Assembly (NCBI RefSeq): GCF_026196735.1
Contig: NZ_JAPHUF010000021.1
Coordinates: forward strand, 6,744 to 70,743
Direction of reading: 5' to 3'
DNA from: Sulfurimonas sp.
GTDB lineage: Bacteria > Campylobacterota > Campylobacteria > Campylobacterales > Sulfurimonadaceae
DNA: 64,000 nt
Shown: in pieces, positions 29,312-38,583 of the stretch
How positions within the stretch are numbered: the stretch's first letter is position 1
Layout: each line of letters opens with the position of its first letter
The notes under the pieces: model-generated
The model's input: only the letters and a program-made list of their open reading frames with translations
The model's database searches: none
What the model was told of the DNA's origin: nothing
Made by a program: the position numbers and the translations under genes

Positions 29312-31258
29312 CTACTGTACAAATACATGTGGAACAATAAGTGGATATTTTTTCATTTTTCTATAGATATGTTTTCTTACAACTTGGCGAAGATCATTCT
29401 CTAAAGCTCTTGGGTTTTCTATTAGCCCGTCTTTTATATGTAATAAAAAGTGTTCTATAACATCTTCAATCTCTTTTGCAAAGAATTTATCTTGCTTATC
29501 GGCCACCAAACCAAATGTAGTAACTAGCGGCTTAGATAACATTTTAGAGTGTTGTCCATCAACTTGGGCAACAATCATAACAATACCGTCAGTAGCCAGT
29601 TTCTGTCTATCTATAACGATATCATCATCTATTTTATGATTGTTTTGATTATCAATATATGTCTTACCGGTTCTTACCGACTTAACTTTTCTCATATATT
29701 TTGGAGCCACTTCTACAGTATCGCCATCATTCATAATATAAATATTACGCTCAGGAACACCACAAATCATACCCGTCTCTTTATGTCTCATTACATGATT
29801 ATACTCACCGTGGATAGGTAAAAAGAATTTAGGATTAACAAGGCGAAGCATAAGCTTTTGCTCTTCTATAGAAGCGTGACCTGATACATGTATATCTTTT
29901 TCTCTAGAAATACTAGCACCGGCACGCTGTAAGTGGTTTAACATTCCTGAGATTGAACCCTCATTTCCTGGAATAGCACGAGATGAAAGAACAATTAAAT
30001 CTGTTGGCTTAATCTTTACATGCCTGTGTTCACCGATTGACATTCTAAATAGTGCTGAACTAGGCTCACCTTGTGAACCTGTAGTAACTATAAGAACATC
30101 TTTATCGTTCATACCAGAGATCTGATCCGGTTCGACAAAAATAGTTTTTGGCAGCTTTATATAGTCATACTGCATAGCGATTTCAATGTTTCTTTCCATC
30201 GAACGACCAATTACACAAACTTTACGATTATATTTTACACCATACTGAATAGCTTGAAAAACACGATGTATGTTAGACGAGAAAGTAGATAAGATTACTC
30301 TACCTTCAGCTTTTGCAAATACTCTGTCAAGTGCCGGTGCAACACTTAACTCAGATGGAGTAGGTTGTGGATTGTAAGAGTTAGTAGAGTCACTTAAAAG
30401 AGCGAGAACACCTTTGTCACCATAGTAAGCGAGTCTATGTAAGTCTGCCGTATAGCCATCTACCGGAGAATGGTCAATCTTAAAGTCACCCGTGTGGATA
30501 ATTGTACCGGCATCAGTAGTAATTGCTAAAGAAGAACTATCTAAAATAGAGTGAGTCATATGCATCCACTCAATTTTAAAGTCATTTCCTATCTCATAAA
30601 TCTTTCTTTTTACAATTGGATTAAAATGCTTTCTAGCCTCTTTGATATGATGCTCGTCAAACTTGTTACCAATCATTGCAAGCGGCAGAGGTGAAGCATA
30701 TATAGGAAATTGCATCTCTTTATAAAGATATGGCATTGCACCGATATGATCTTCATGTGAGTGAGTAATTACTACCGCTTTAATCTTATCTTTAATCTCT
30801 CTGATATAAGTAAAATCAGGTACCAGTATATCAACACCGTGCATATCTTCATCTGGAAAACTCATACCGACATCAACTAAAATTGCTTCATTTTCTGTTT
30901 CAAATACTGTAATGTTTCCACCGATTTCACCAAGCCCGCCAAGCGGTGTGATACGGATTTTTGCTTTTGAGTTTAAATCTAATTTATAGTGAGGATTTAG
31001 TCTTTGTTTCTGTGCTTCTTGGTTGATACCAACAAATTTTTTAAGATTTTCATCTACCGGTGTACTTTGACGACGACGCCCTCTTCCTCCACCTTTATTT
31101 TTGTTAGGGTTATTGCCGCCCTGAGGCTTGCCACTGTTGTTGTTACGATTCTGATTATTATTTGGTCTACGATTTTGATTAGGTCTTGTTTCTTCTTTTT
31201 TATTACCGTTTACTGCTGGTTTAACACCTTCTTGAGTGTTACCTTTATTGTCTTGCAT
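29312..31258 (-). CDS. rnj: Ribonuclease J with N-terminal low-complexity extension
   Basis: PLGGLGEIG, THSHEDHIG, HTGDFK, GSQGEP and HVSGHA motifs. Confidence 0.96.
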   Translation of the reverse strand: MQDNKGNTQEGVKPAVNGNKKEETRPNQNRRPNNNQNRNNNSGKPQGGNNPNKNKGGGRGRRRQSTPVDENLKKFVGINQEAQKQRLNPHYKLDLNSKAKIRITPLGGLGEIGGNITVFETENEAILVDVGMSFPDEDMHGVDILVPDFTYIREIKDKIKAVVITHSHEDHIGAMPYLYKEMQFPIYASPLPLAMIGNKFDEHHIKEARKHFNPIVKRKIYEIGNDFKIEWMHMTHSILDSSSLAITTDAGTIIHTGDFKIDHSPVDGYTADLHRLAYYGDKGVLALLSDSTNSYNPQPTPSELSVAPALDRVFAKAEGRVILSTFSSNIHRVFQAIQYGVKYNRKVCVIGRSMERNIEIAMQYDYIKLPKTIFVEPDQISGMNDKDVLIVTTGSQGEPSSALFRMSIGEHRHVKIKPTDLIVLSSRAIPGNEGSISGMLNHLQRAGASISREKDIHVSGHASIEEQKLMLRLVNPKFFLPIHGEYNHVMRHKETGMICGVPERNIYIMNDGDTVEVAPKYMRKVKSVRTGKTYIDNQNNHKIDDDIVIDRQKLATDGIVMIVAQVDGQHSKMLSKPLVTTFGLVADKQDKFFAKEIEDVIEHFLLHIKDGLIENPRALENDLRQVVRKHIYRKMKKYPLIVPHVFVQ

Positions 31259-31278
31259 CCAAACTCCTTGTTTATCTT

Positions 31279-32049
31279 TTATATTATTTTTTTATAGAGT
31301 TGGTGATAGTCACTAGTTGAGAGTTGATGAGGACGAATTGTCTGTGTAAATTCTAGTTCATTAAAAACTTCTTGAAGTATCTCTTTATCATAAATCACCG
31401 ATAGATTTTTCATAAGAGTTTTGCGAGGCTGCTTAAATGCAACTCTAAGCATGCCCTCAAAATTCTCATCACTTCTATCAGTTCTTTTTTCAATCAAGAA
31501 TACAGCTGAGTCTATTTTTGGCGGTGGTTCAAAAGCGGTTGGTGGAACCTGCACAACAATATGCGCCTCTCCTACACTTTGAGTTATTACACCCAAAGAC
31601 CCAAATACCTTTTCACCCTCTGTTGCACAAAATTTCTCTGCCACTTCAAGCTGTACCATTACAAGTATATTTTTACATTTTGGATCTGCGAGTGCTTTTA
31701 AGATTATATTTGTTGCGATGTAGTAAGGCAAGTTTGCCACTAAATCGTAATCTTCATCTACTAAACTACTCTGCCAAGTTTCAAGAACATCGCCGCAATT
31801 TATATGCAGCTGCTTGGTTGCGATCTCTTTATCAAATTTTTTTTGTAACAGTTTACACAAATCGGTATCGACCTCAAAAGCTTCTACACTTTTGACATCT
31901 ACTAAATATTTAGTTAAATCACCTAAGCCAGGCCCAATTTCAACGATTTTATTATCATTATTGGGCATCGCTTCGACGATTTTTTGTAAAACAGTCTCAT
32001 CTTTTAAGAAATTTTGTCCAAACTTCTTTTTTGCTACAATTTTATCCAT
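31279..32049 (-). CDS. rsmA: 16S rRNA m6,2A dimethyltransferase
   Basis: KKKFGQNFL, VEIGPGLG and ANLPYYI motifs. Confidence 0.96.
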   Translation of the reverse strand: MDKIVAKKKFGQNFLKDETVLQKIVEAMPNNDNKIVEIGPGLGDLTKYLVDVKSVEAFEVDTDLCKLLQKKFDKEIATKQLHINCGDVLETWQSSLVDEDYDLVANLPYYIATNIILKALADPKCKNILVMVQLEVAEKFCATEGEKVFGSLGVITQSVGEAHIVVQVPPTAFEPPPKIDSAVFLIEKRTDRSDENFEGMLRVAFKQPRKTLMKNLSVIYDKEILQEVFNELEFTQTIRPHQLSTSDYHQLYKKII

Positions 32050-32226
32050 TAGCGGACAGTGTATTATAATTTTGCTTATAATTAGTTAATATCAATAAGA
32101 AATATTAATATTTATATCACATCTTGAGCTTTATTATTTCAAAATATCTATGATTATAACAATAGATAATAATAATTATTGATACTACAATAAATATCAC
32201 ATTACTTTTTTTAATGTAGCTAAAAT

Positions 32227-32246
32227 GATATTTCATTTGAAATATC
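32227..32246. promoter_or_regulatory. 20-bp palindrome (parS-variant-like), copy 1
   Basis: GATATTTCA-TT-TGAAATATC; identical at 35951..35970. Confidence 0.6.
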
Positions 32247-32279
32247 TATCTTGTTTGCAAAAACTAAAATGAAAATATT

Positions 32280-32295
32280 TGTTTCACATGAAACA
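32280..32295. other. parS: parS centromere-like site
   Basis: TGTTTCACATGAAACA, 15/16 match to consensus TGTTTCACGTGAAACA; origin-proximal. Confidence 0.88.
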
Positions 32296-32473
32296 TTTAA
32301 TTTCTTTTATAGCAACTAATATGAAAATACTTATGAAACAAGTGTTTTCATTATTATTCCGTTTTAGCTGCATTAAATAAACTTACATGTAAATAGGCAC
32401 AATAAAAACAATAACCTAAATATAAGCCGCAAAGTGTATAATTGCACTAAATTATAAGAGGCTCTCAACTACC

Positions 32474-33232
32474 ATGAACTATTTTGCTAAAAGAATTATC
32501 CCTTGTCTAGATGTTAAAGATGGTCGTGTTGTAAAAGGGGTAAACTTTGTCGGGCTTAGAGATGCCGGTGATCCTGTTGAAGTTGCAAAGAGATACAACC
32601 AAGAGGGTGCGGATGAACTTACTTTTTTGGATATTACAGCTTCAAGCGATAACCGTGATACAATTGTAGATATCGTAGCTCAAGTGGCGAAAGAAGTTTT
32701 TATACCTCTTACAGTCGGTGGCGGCATTAGAAAGCTTGATGACATATATAAACTCTTAAATGTAGGCTGTGACAAAGTAAGCGTTAACTCTGCAGCGATA
32801 AAAAGACCCGAGCTAATAGACGAGGGTGCAAAACGCTTTGGTTCACAGTGTATTGTCACTGCGATTGATGTTAAAAAAACCGGTGACAGATACAATGTTT
32901 ACTTAAATGGCGGACGAGTTGACACCGGTATAGATGCCGTAGAATGGGCTAAAGAAGTCGTAGAAAGAGGAAGCGGTGAAATACTTCTGACTTCAATGGA
33001 TGCAGATGGTACAAAAGCAGGGTTTGAGCTAAATATTACTCAGCAGATAAGTAGAGCTGTAAATGTTCCCGTTATCGCAAGTGGCGGAGCAGGGACAATG
33101 CAACATATTAAAGAAGCCTTTGAACACGGTGCCGATGCTGCACTTGCCGCGAGTATTTTTCACTATAAAGAGATAGATATTATGGATTTAAAACATTATC
33201 TTCATGACAACAACATACCTGTAAGACTTTAG
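32474..33232 (+). CDS. hisF: Imidazole glycerol phosphate synthase cyclase subunit
   Basis: [36 protein letters not shown] and ALAASIFH motifs. Confidence 0.97.
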   Translation: MNYFAKRIIPCLDVKDGRVVKGVNFVGLRDAGDPVEVAKRYNQEGADELTFLDITASSDNRDTIVDIVAQVAKEVFIPLTVGGGIRKLDDIYKLLNVGCDKVSVNSAAIKRPELIDEGAKRFGSQCIVTAIDVKKTGDRYNVYLNGGRVDTGIDAVEWAKEVVERGSGEILLTSMDADGTKAGFELNITQQISRAVNVPVIASGGAGTMQHIKEAFEHGADAALAASIFHYKEIDIMDLKHYLHDNNIPVRL

Positions 33233-33308
33233 AGCATCAAGATGCGAGGGCTCTCTGCCGAAGAGAACCAAGCGTTAGCGTAGATAAAGGAATTACTTCC
33301 TTTATCGT
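33233..33308 (+). repeat. Dispersed 76-nt structured intergenic repeat, copy 2
   Basis: 61/76 ungapped identity to 854..929; perfect stem GATAAAGGAA-TTAC-TTCCTTTATC. Confidence 0.85.
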
Positions 33309-33362
33309 TAGAAAAGGGATAAATGGTTCCCTTAAATTTATAAAATAAATTAAAGGAGAAAT

Positions 33363-33908
33363 ATGATTATTTGCGCCGGAAATAATGAAACTTTTGATTT
33401 TGCACAACCAACAGGGGTTGGCTTAATCGAAACAGCAATGAACCTTACAAGACTTTGTCTCTTTGACAAACCTGAGTTTTTACTGTTTGTCGGTTCTGCA
33501 GGTAGTTATGGCAGTTCACAAATATTTGACATTGTTGAGTCAAAAACAGCTTCAAATATTGAACTTGGATTTTTAAATAATGACGCTTACACTCCTTTGG
33601 ATAATGTAATTTCCACTAACATAGATAGCCAAAAAAAAGATGTTATAGTCAATTCTTCGAACTATGTTTCCACAAATGAGGAGCTAACAAAAAAGTTTTT
33701 AAAACTTGGTGTAGGCATAGAAAACATGGAATTTTTCGCGGTTTTGAAAATAGCGCAAGAGTTTGATATTCCTGCTGGGGGTGTATTTTGTATAACTAAC
33801 TATACTAACAAAGATGCTCATGATGATTTTATGAAAAATCATGAAAAGGCAAAAGAACTTTTAACTCTACATGTTAAAAAAAGAATCAAGGAATTGACAG
33901 CAAAATGA
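33363..33908 (+). CDS. Purine nucleoside phosphorylase/MTA nucleosidase family protein
   Basis: GVG, GSAGS, ENMEFFAV and CITNY motifs; position before rlmN is typical of Campylobacterota. Confidence 0.75.
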   Translation: MIICAGNNETFDFAQPTGVGLIETAMNLTRLCLFDKPEFLLFVGSAGSYGSSQIFDIVESKTASNIELGFLNNDAYTPLDNVISTNIDSQKKDVIVNSSNYVSTNEELTKKFLKLGVGIENMEFFAVLKIAQEFDIPAGGVFCITNYTNKDAHDDFMKNHEKAKELLTLHVKKRIKELTAK

Positions 33909-34978
33909 AGCCATCACTTCTAGACTTTACGCAGAAAGAACTTTTGTCTCAAATAAAACCTGCTTTTAGAGTAAAACAGATATTTGGCTGGCTTTATCAT
34001 AACTATGCATCTGACTTTGATGATATGAAAAATATTCCCAAAGCTCTCAAAGAAGAACTTTCTCAAAAATATATAGTAGACCCTCTAAAAATAGTAAATA
34101 AAGAAGAATCAAGTGATGGGACCATAAAGTACCTATTTGAGCTTCAAGATGGCAAAACAATGGAAGCTGTATGGCTTAAAATGAAAGAAACGCAGTTAGA
34201 TGATAAGGGCGAAGTGATTCAAGAAGCAAAATACACTATCTGTGTTTCTACTCAAGTAGGATGTAAAGTAGGGTGTACATTCTGTTTAACTGCAAAAGGT
34301 GGCTTTACAAGAGACTTGACTGCCGGAGAGATAGTAGCTCAAGTTGTTGCACTAAAACGAGATAACGACCATAAACACAATAGAAAAATCAACATTGTCT
34401 ATATGGGCATGGGCGAACCGCTAGACAACCTAGATAATCTTGCAAAAGCTATAGAGATATATAAAGAAGAAGAGGGCTTATGTATATCCGGTAAACGACA
34501 AACAGTCTCTACAAGTGGTTTGAGCAATAAAATAGACCAATTAGGCAAGATGGACTTAGGTGTTCATATCGCTATATCGCTACATGCTGTTGATGATGAG
34601 CTACGCACTGAGCTTATACCTATGAATAAAGCCCACAATATTTCTTCTATTATAGAAGCGGTTAAACGCTTTCCAATTGATACCAGAAAAAGAGTTATGT
34701 TTGAATACTTAGTCATTAAAGATAAAAATGATGATATAGCCTCTGCTAAGAAGCTCGTAAAGCTACTAACAGATATCAAGGCGAAGGTTAACCTCATATA
34801 CTTCAATCCTTATCCTGGTACGACTTACGATAGACCTACAAGAGCTGATATGGTAGCTTTCCAAGAGTATTTAGTCAATCATGGCTTATTATGTACTATA
34901 AGAGACTCTAAAGGCATAGATATCAGTGCAGCATGCGGTCAATTAAAAGAACAAACAGAACAAGGTGAAATAAAATGA
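33905..34978 (+). CDS. rlmN: 23S rRNA m2A2503 methyltransferase
   Basis: CVSTQVGCKVGCTFC, MGMGEP, ISLHA and AACGQL motifs. Confidence 0.97.
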   Translation: MKPSLLDFTQKELLSQIKPAFRVKQIFGWLYHNYASDFDDMKNIPKALKEELSQKYIVDPLKIVNKEESSDGTIKYLFELQDGKTMEAVWLKMKETQLDDKGEVIQEAKYTICVSTQVGCKVGCTFCLTAKGGFTRDLTAGEIVAQVVALKRDNDHKHNRKINIVYMGMGEPLDNLDNLAKAIEIYKEEEGLCISGKRQTVSTSGLSNKIDQLGKMDLGVHIAISLHAVDDELRTELIPMNKAHNISSIIEAVKRFPIDTRKRVMFEYLVIKDKNDDIASAKKLVKLLTDIKAKVNLIYFNPYPGTTYDRPTRADMVAFQEYLVNHGLLCTIRDSKGIDISAACGQLKEQTEQGEIK

Positions 34979-35091
34979 GCTATATAGAGATATTTCAAAT
35001 AGTTTTTTTAATAGTTGTATTTGCAGTTGGCTTGATTGGTTTTATAAAAGCTGCTACAAATGATGATACAGGTGATGACAAGAAACAGTAG
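34975..35091 (+). CDS. 38-aa single-TM microprotein
   Basis: MSYIEIFQIVFLIVVFAVGLIGFIKAATNDDTGDDKKQ; ATGA overlap with the rlmN stop. Confidence 0.6.
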   Translation: MSYIEIFQIVFLIVVFAVGLIGFIKAATNDDTGDDKKQ

Positions 35092-35164
35092 TACAATCTG
35101 TAATCATTTTGAAATTAAAAAAATGATATTATATTGAAAGCGATTTAATTTAAAGGATATAACT

Positions 35165-35404
35165 ATGGCTGTAAAGAAAACAAACACTGATAGAATTAAA
35201 AGAATATATGATTTGTGTGAAGAACATTTTGGTGATATTCGTTTTGTAGGGATTAAATATCATAAAAAAATTGGTTGGATTGCAAAAGCACAGTTTGATG
35301 ATGGATTTGAGAACCTAACTGCTGATGGTGAAACAAGCGTAGAAGCTCTTCGTAATTTAAAAAATCGTGTTAAAAAAATCATCAAGAGATATAACGCGGT
35401 TTAA
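35165..35404 (+). CDS. Hypothetical 79-aa basic protein
   Basis: AAGGA SD, normal codon usage, downstream hairpin. Confidence 0.75.
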   Translation: MAVKKTNTDRIKRIYDLCEEHFGDIRFVGIKYHKKIGWIAKAQFDDGFENLTADGETSVEALRNLKNRVKKIIKRYNAV

Positions 35405-35430
35405 TAAGTGATTTAGTTCACAAATAAGTA

Positions 35431-35459
35431 AAACGACCAACACACCAGGGAGGTCGTTT
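35431..35459 (+). terminator. Hairpin after the 79-aa ORF
   Basis: AAACGACC-13nt-GGTCGTTT. Confidence 0.45.
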
Positions 35460-35901
35460 ATAAGTGTAATAATACCCTACTTTTCTTATAAGAAAATAAT
35501 CTTCGTCATCTTCTACAATAAACTTAAATATAATTTTAGCATTAAAATAATTAATATATTTATTCAAAGTGTGCAGTATTCACACATTGTTCTAAGGTGT
35601 GAATACTGTGAGTTGCTGTCATGTACAAATTTTCAAATTTTCTTATTATTTAAGAACAAATTTATATAAAATTATCCTGAAATCAATATACTTTGAGATA
35701 GCTTAAATGCCTATAATTAGGGGCTTATAGGGATTTAGTTATTTGTAGTTATAATTATATATACTTTGTCTCTATATAATACAATAAGTTATTCACACCT
35801 CATATATTTATACATGAAAACATCTAGCGAAGTAACTAATAATTAAAATAAATATTTTATATATAGTTGTAAATATTCACTAAATTGATTAGTAATAACA
35901 A

Positions 35902-35917
35902 TGTTTCATGTGAAACA
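35902..35917. other. parS: parS site
   Basis: TGTTTCATGTGAAACA, 15/16 to consensus; exact reverse complement of 32280..32295. Confidence 0.88.
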
Positions 35918-35950
35918 AATGTTCTCACTACAGTTCAAATAAACAAGATA

Positions 35951-35970
35951 GATATTTCATTTGAAATATC
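35951..35970. promoter_or_regulatory. 20-bp palindrome (parS-variant-like), copy 2
   Basis: GATATTTCATTTGAAATATC, identical to 32227..32246. Confidence 0.6.
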
Positions 35971-36026
35971 GTTCTAATTACATTAAGCAAACTTTTTTAT
36001 TATAATTCGATAAAGTAACATGTCAT

Positions 36027-36938
36027 TTAGATACTCATACTCTCAAAACATATTTTTTCAAAATCTACATCACTTTTAATATGAAACTTTTCGTTGTAAA
36101 GATCAAACTCCAATTCATTTGCATGCAAAAGTAATCTTGAAGCACCGCTAAGATTAATACGATCTTCTATGCTTAACTCTTTATCTAAAAACCTGACTAT
36201 GTCTTTTTCACTTTGTCCATAAATTGGATCTCCGACTATTGGATGTTTCACATGAAACAAATGTACTCTTATTTGATGTTGTCTTCCGGTAAGTGGCGAA
36301 CACTCTACCAATGTAATATCTTTATCTGCAAAATACTTTAAAGGCTTTATATCAGTTTTGGAGCTTTTACCATCTACATGTACTTTTACTACCATTCTAA
36401 CAATTGCACTCTCATCTTCTTTTCTGAGAAGCGGAGCCTCTATAGATATATCATCTTTTAATTCACCGTGAACCATAGCAAGATACTTCTTTTTCATATC
36501 TCTGTGTTCAAACATCATCTTGATATCTCTTTCACTGTTTTTGTTTTTAGAGCACAACACTAAGCCGCTTGTCTCTTGATCTATTCTATGAGCTATATTG
36601 GCATCTCTACCATACTGATATTTCAATTCATCTATTAAAGAGTAGGGTGTGTTTTTATTTTGCGGATGGATTAACACTCCGCTTGGTTTATCAAATACTA
36701 CAAACTGATCGTATTCTACATGCACATTCAATCCTCTAGTGATTGGCTCAAAATATATATACTCAATTTCTCCTTGAATCTTCTGCGAAGACTTATCCAT
36801 AACTTCGCCATTTATAAGCAAGCGACCTCTGGCTATAAAACGCTGAGCTTCTTTTTGTGTATAGTTCAACTCTTTTATAAAAAAAAGGAAAGCTCTCTGC
36901 TTTTTTTCAACATACATCTTCTTAATTACAAATGGCAA
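36027..36938 (-). CDS. RluA-family pseudouridine synthase
   Basis: DKPSG, HRIDQETSG (catalytic Asp), KYLA and TGRQHQIRVH motifs. Confidence 0.92.
   Translation of the reverse strand: MPFVIKKMYVEKKQRAFLFFIKELNYTQKEAQRFIARGRLLINGEVMDKSSQKIQGEIEYIYFEPITRGLNVHVEYDQFVVFDKPSGVLIHPQNKNTPYSLIDELKYQYGRDANIAHRIDQETSGLVLCSKNKNSERDIKMMFEHRDMKKKYLAMVHGELKDDISIEAPLLRKEDESAIVRMVVKVHVDGKSSKTDIKPLKYFADKDITLVECSPLTGRQHQIRVHLFHVKHPIVGDPIYGQSEKDIVRFLDKELSIEDRINLSGASRLLLHANELEFDLYNEKFHIKSDVDFEKICFESMSI
36244..36259. other. parS: parS site inside a coding sequence
   Basis: TGTTTCACATGAAACA, encoding (L)FHVK(H) on the minus strand. Confidence 0.75.
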
Positions 36939-37040
36939 ATCAATCCCTTTTAATCATTCTCTTACTATAAGTTTAGTAGAATAAACAACTTAATTATGTG
37001 CGAATTTTAGCATAAACAATAATCATTAAAGGCAATAAAT

Positions 37041-38369
37041 ATGATCGATAGATATTCACGAGAAGAGATGGCATCAAAATGGACACAGCATGCAAGATAT
37101 GCTGCGTGGCTAGAAGTAGAAAAAGCTGCAGTAAAAGCTTGGGCAAAACTTGGAAAAATTCCTCAAGATGATGCAGACAAAATTGTAAAAAATGCAACAT
37201 TCTCTGTAGAACGAATAGAAGAGATTGAGGCAGTTACTAAACATGATCTTATTGCTTTTAACACAAGTGTTTCAGAGAGCTTAGGTGAAGAGTCAAGATG
37301 GTTTCATTATGGAATGACTAGTTCTGATGCGGTTGATACCGGTGTAGCGCTTCAAATGAGAGACTCTTTAAACATTATCATTGATGATGTAAAGATGTTG
37401 ATGGAATCTATCAAAAAGCGTGCAGAGGAGCACAAGATGACTCTTATGGTTGGGCGTAGTCATGGAATCCACGGCGAGCCTATAACTTTTGGTCTGACTT
37501 TAGCTGTATGGTATGATGAAGTAGCTCGTCACCTTCTAAATCTTGAGCAAACTATGGAGGTTATTGCAGTGGGACAAATCTCCGGAGCTATGGGTAACTT
37601 TGCTCATGCACCACTTGAGTTGGAAGAGTATGCAATGGCTGAACTTGGATTAAAACCAGAGCCTTGTTCAAACCAGGTTGTGCATCGTGATCGCTATGCA
37701 AGACTTGCTACTGCTTTAGCACTACTTGCTTCCTCGGTTGAAAAGTTTGCAGTTCAAGTTAGACACCTACAAAGAACAGAAGTATATGAGGCTGAAGAGT
37801 TTTTTGCAAAAGGTCAAAAAGGCTCATCCGCAATGCCTCACAAAAGAAACCCTATACTTACTGAAAACATCACAGGTTTAGCAAGAATTATTAGAGCTTA
37901 CGCAGCACCGGCTATGGAAAATGTAGCACTGTGGCATGAGCGCGATATCTCTCACTCATCTACTGAAAGATTTTGGTTACCGGATGCATTTATTACAATG
38001 GATTTTATGCTTCACCGCATGAACAATGTAATTGCTAACCTAACAGTATTTCCAGATAATATGATGAAAAATCTAAACCTTACCGGAGGATTAGTTTTCT
38101 CTCAAAGAGTTTTACTTGAACTTCCTCTACAAGGTGTAAGCCGTGAAGATGCTTACAAAATTGTACAGAGAAACGCTATGAAAGTTTGGCAAGAGATACA
38201 ACAAGGCAAGCCAACTACAAATGAAAAAGGCGAGAGTTTGTATCTTAACCATTTGTTAGCGGATGAAGAATTGAGAAATTCTTTGAATGAAGAACAGATT
38301 CGTGAGTGTTTTAACTATGATTACTATACAAAAAATGTAGACAACATTTTCAAAAGAGTTTTTAAATAA
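37041..38369 (+). CDS. purB: Adenylosuccinate lyase
   Basis: TKHD, GRSHGIH and GSSAMPHKRNP motifs. Confidence 0.97.
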   Translation: MIDRYSREEMASKWTQHARYAAWLEVEKAAVKAWAKLGKIPQDDADKIVKNATFSVERIEEIEAVTKHDLIAFNTSVSESLGEESRWFHYGMTSSDAVDTGVALQMRDSLNIIIDDVKMLMESIKKRAEEHKMTLMVGRSHGIHGEPITFGLTLAVWYDEVARHLLNLEQTMEVIAVGQISGAMGNFAHAPLELEEYAMAELGLKPEPCSNQVVHRDRYARLATALALLASSVEKFAVQVRHLQRTEVYEAEEFFAKGQKGSSAMPHKRNPILTENITGLARIIRAYAAPAMENVALWHERDISHSSTERFWLPDAFITMDFMLHRMNNVIANLTVFPDNMMKNLNLTGGLVFSQRVLLELPLQGVSREDAYKIVQRNAMKVWQEIQQGKPTTNEKGESLYLNHLLADEELRNSLNEEQIRECFNYDYYTKNVDNIFKRVFK

Positions 38370-38375
38370 TCATAT

Positions 38376-38429
38376 TTAGTATAGCCTTCTGGTTATGCTA
38401 ATTATTAGTATATTTTATACTAATAATTA
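38376..38429 (+). terminator. Tandem hairpins after purB
   Basis: TTAGTATAGCC/GGTTATGCTAA, then perfect TAATTATTAGTAT/ATACTAATAATTA. Confidence 0.5.
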
Positions 38430-38583
38430 TGTGTTAAATATATAGCTTATTTTTCAAAAATCTCTTCATAATTTAATCTACAAATCAACTACTCTTAGAT
38501 AAAATCAATATTAATTAAATGTTTTTTAGAGAAAAATTCTGACAATATTTGTCTAAAAATTACTAATCTGATTAGGACAATAA

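Noticed and set aside
32050-36026. Possible CRISPR array or IS ends suggested by recurring palindromes
   Set aside because: There are no regularly spaced direct repeats with unique spacers, no cas or transposase gene and no target-site duplication; parS-type sites explain the palindromes better.
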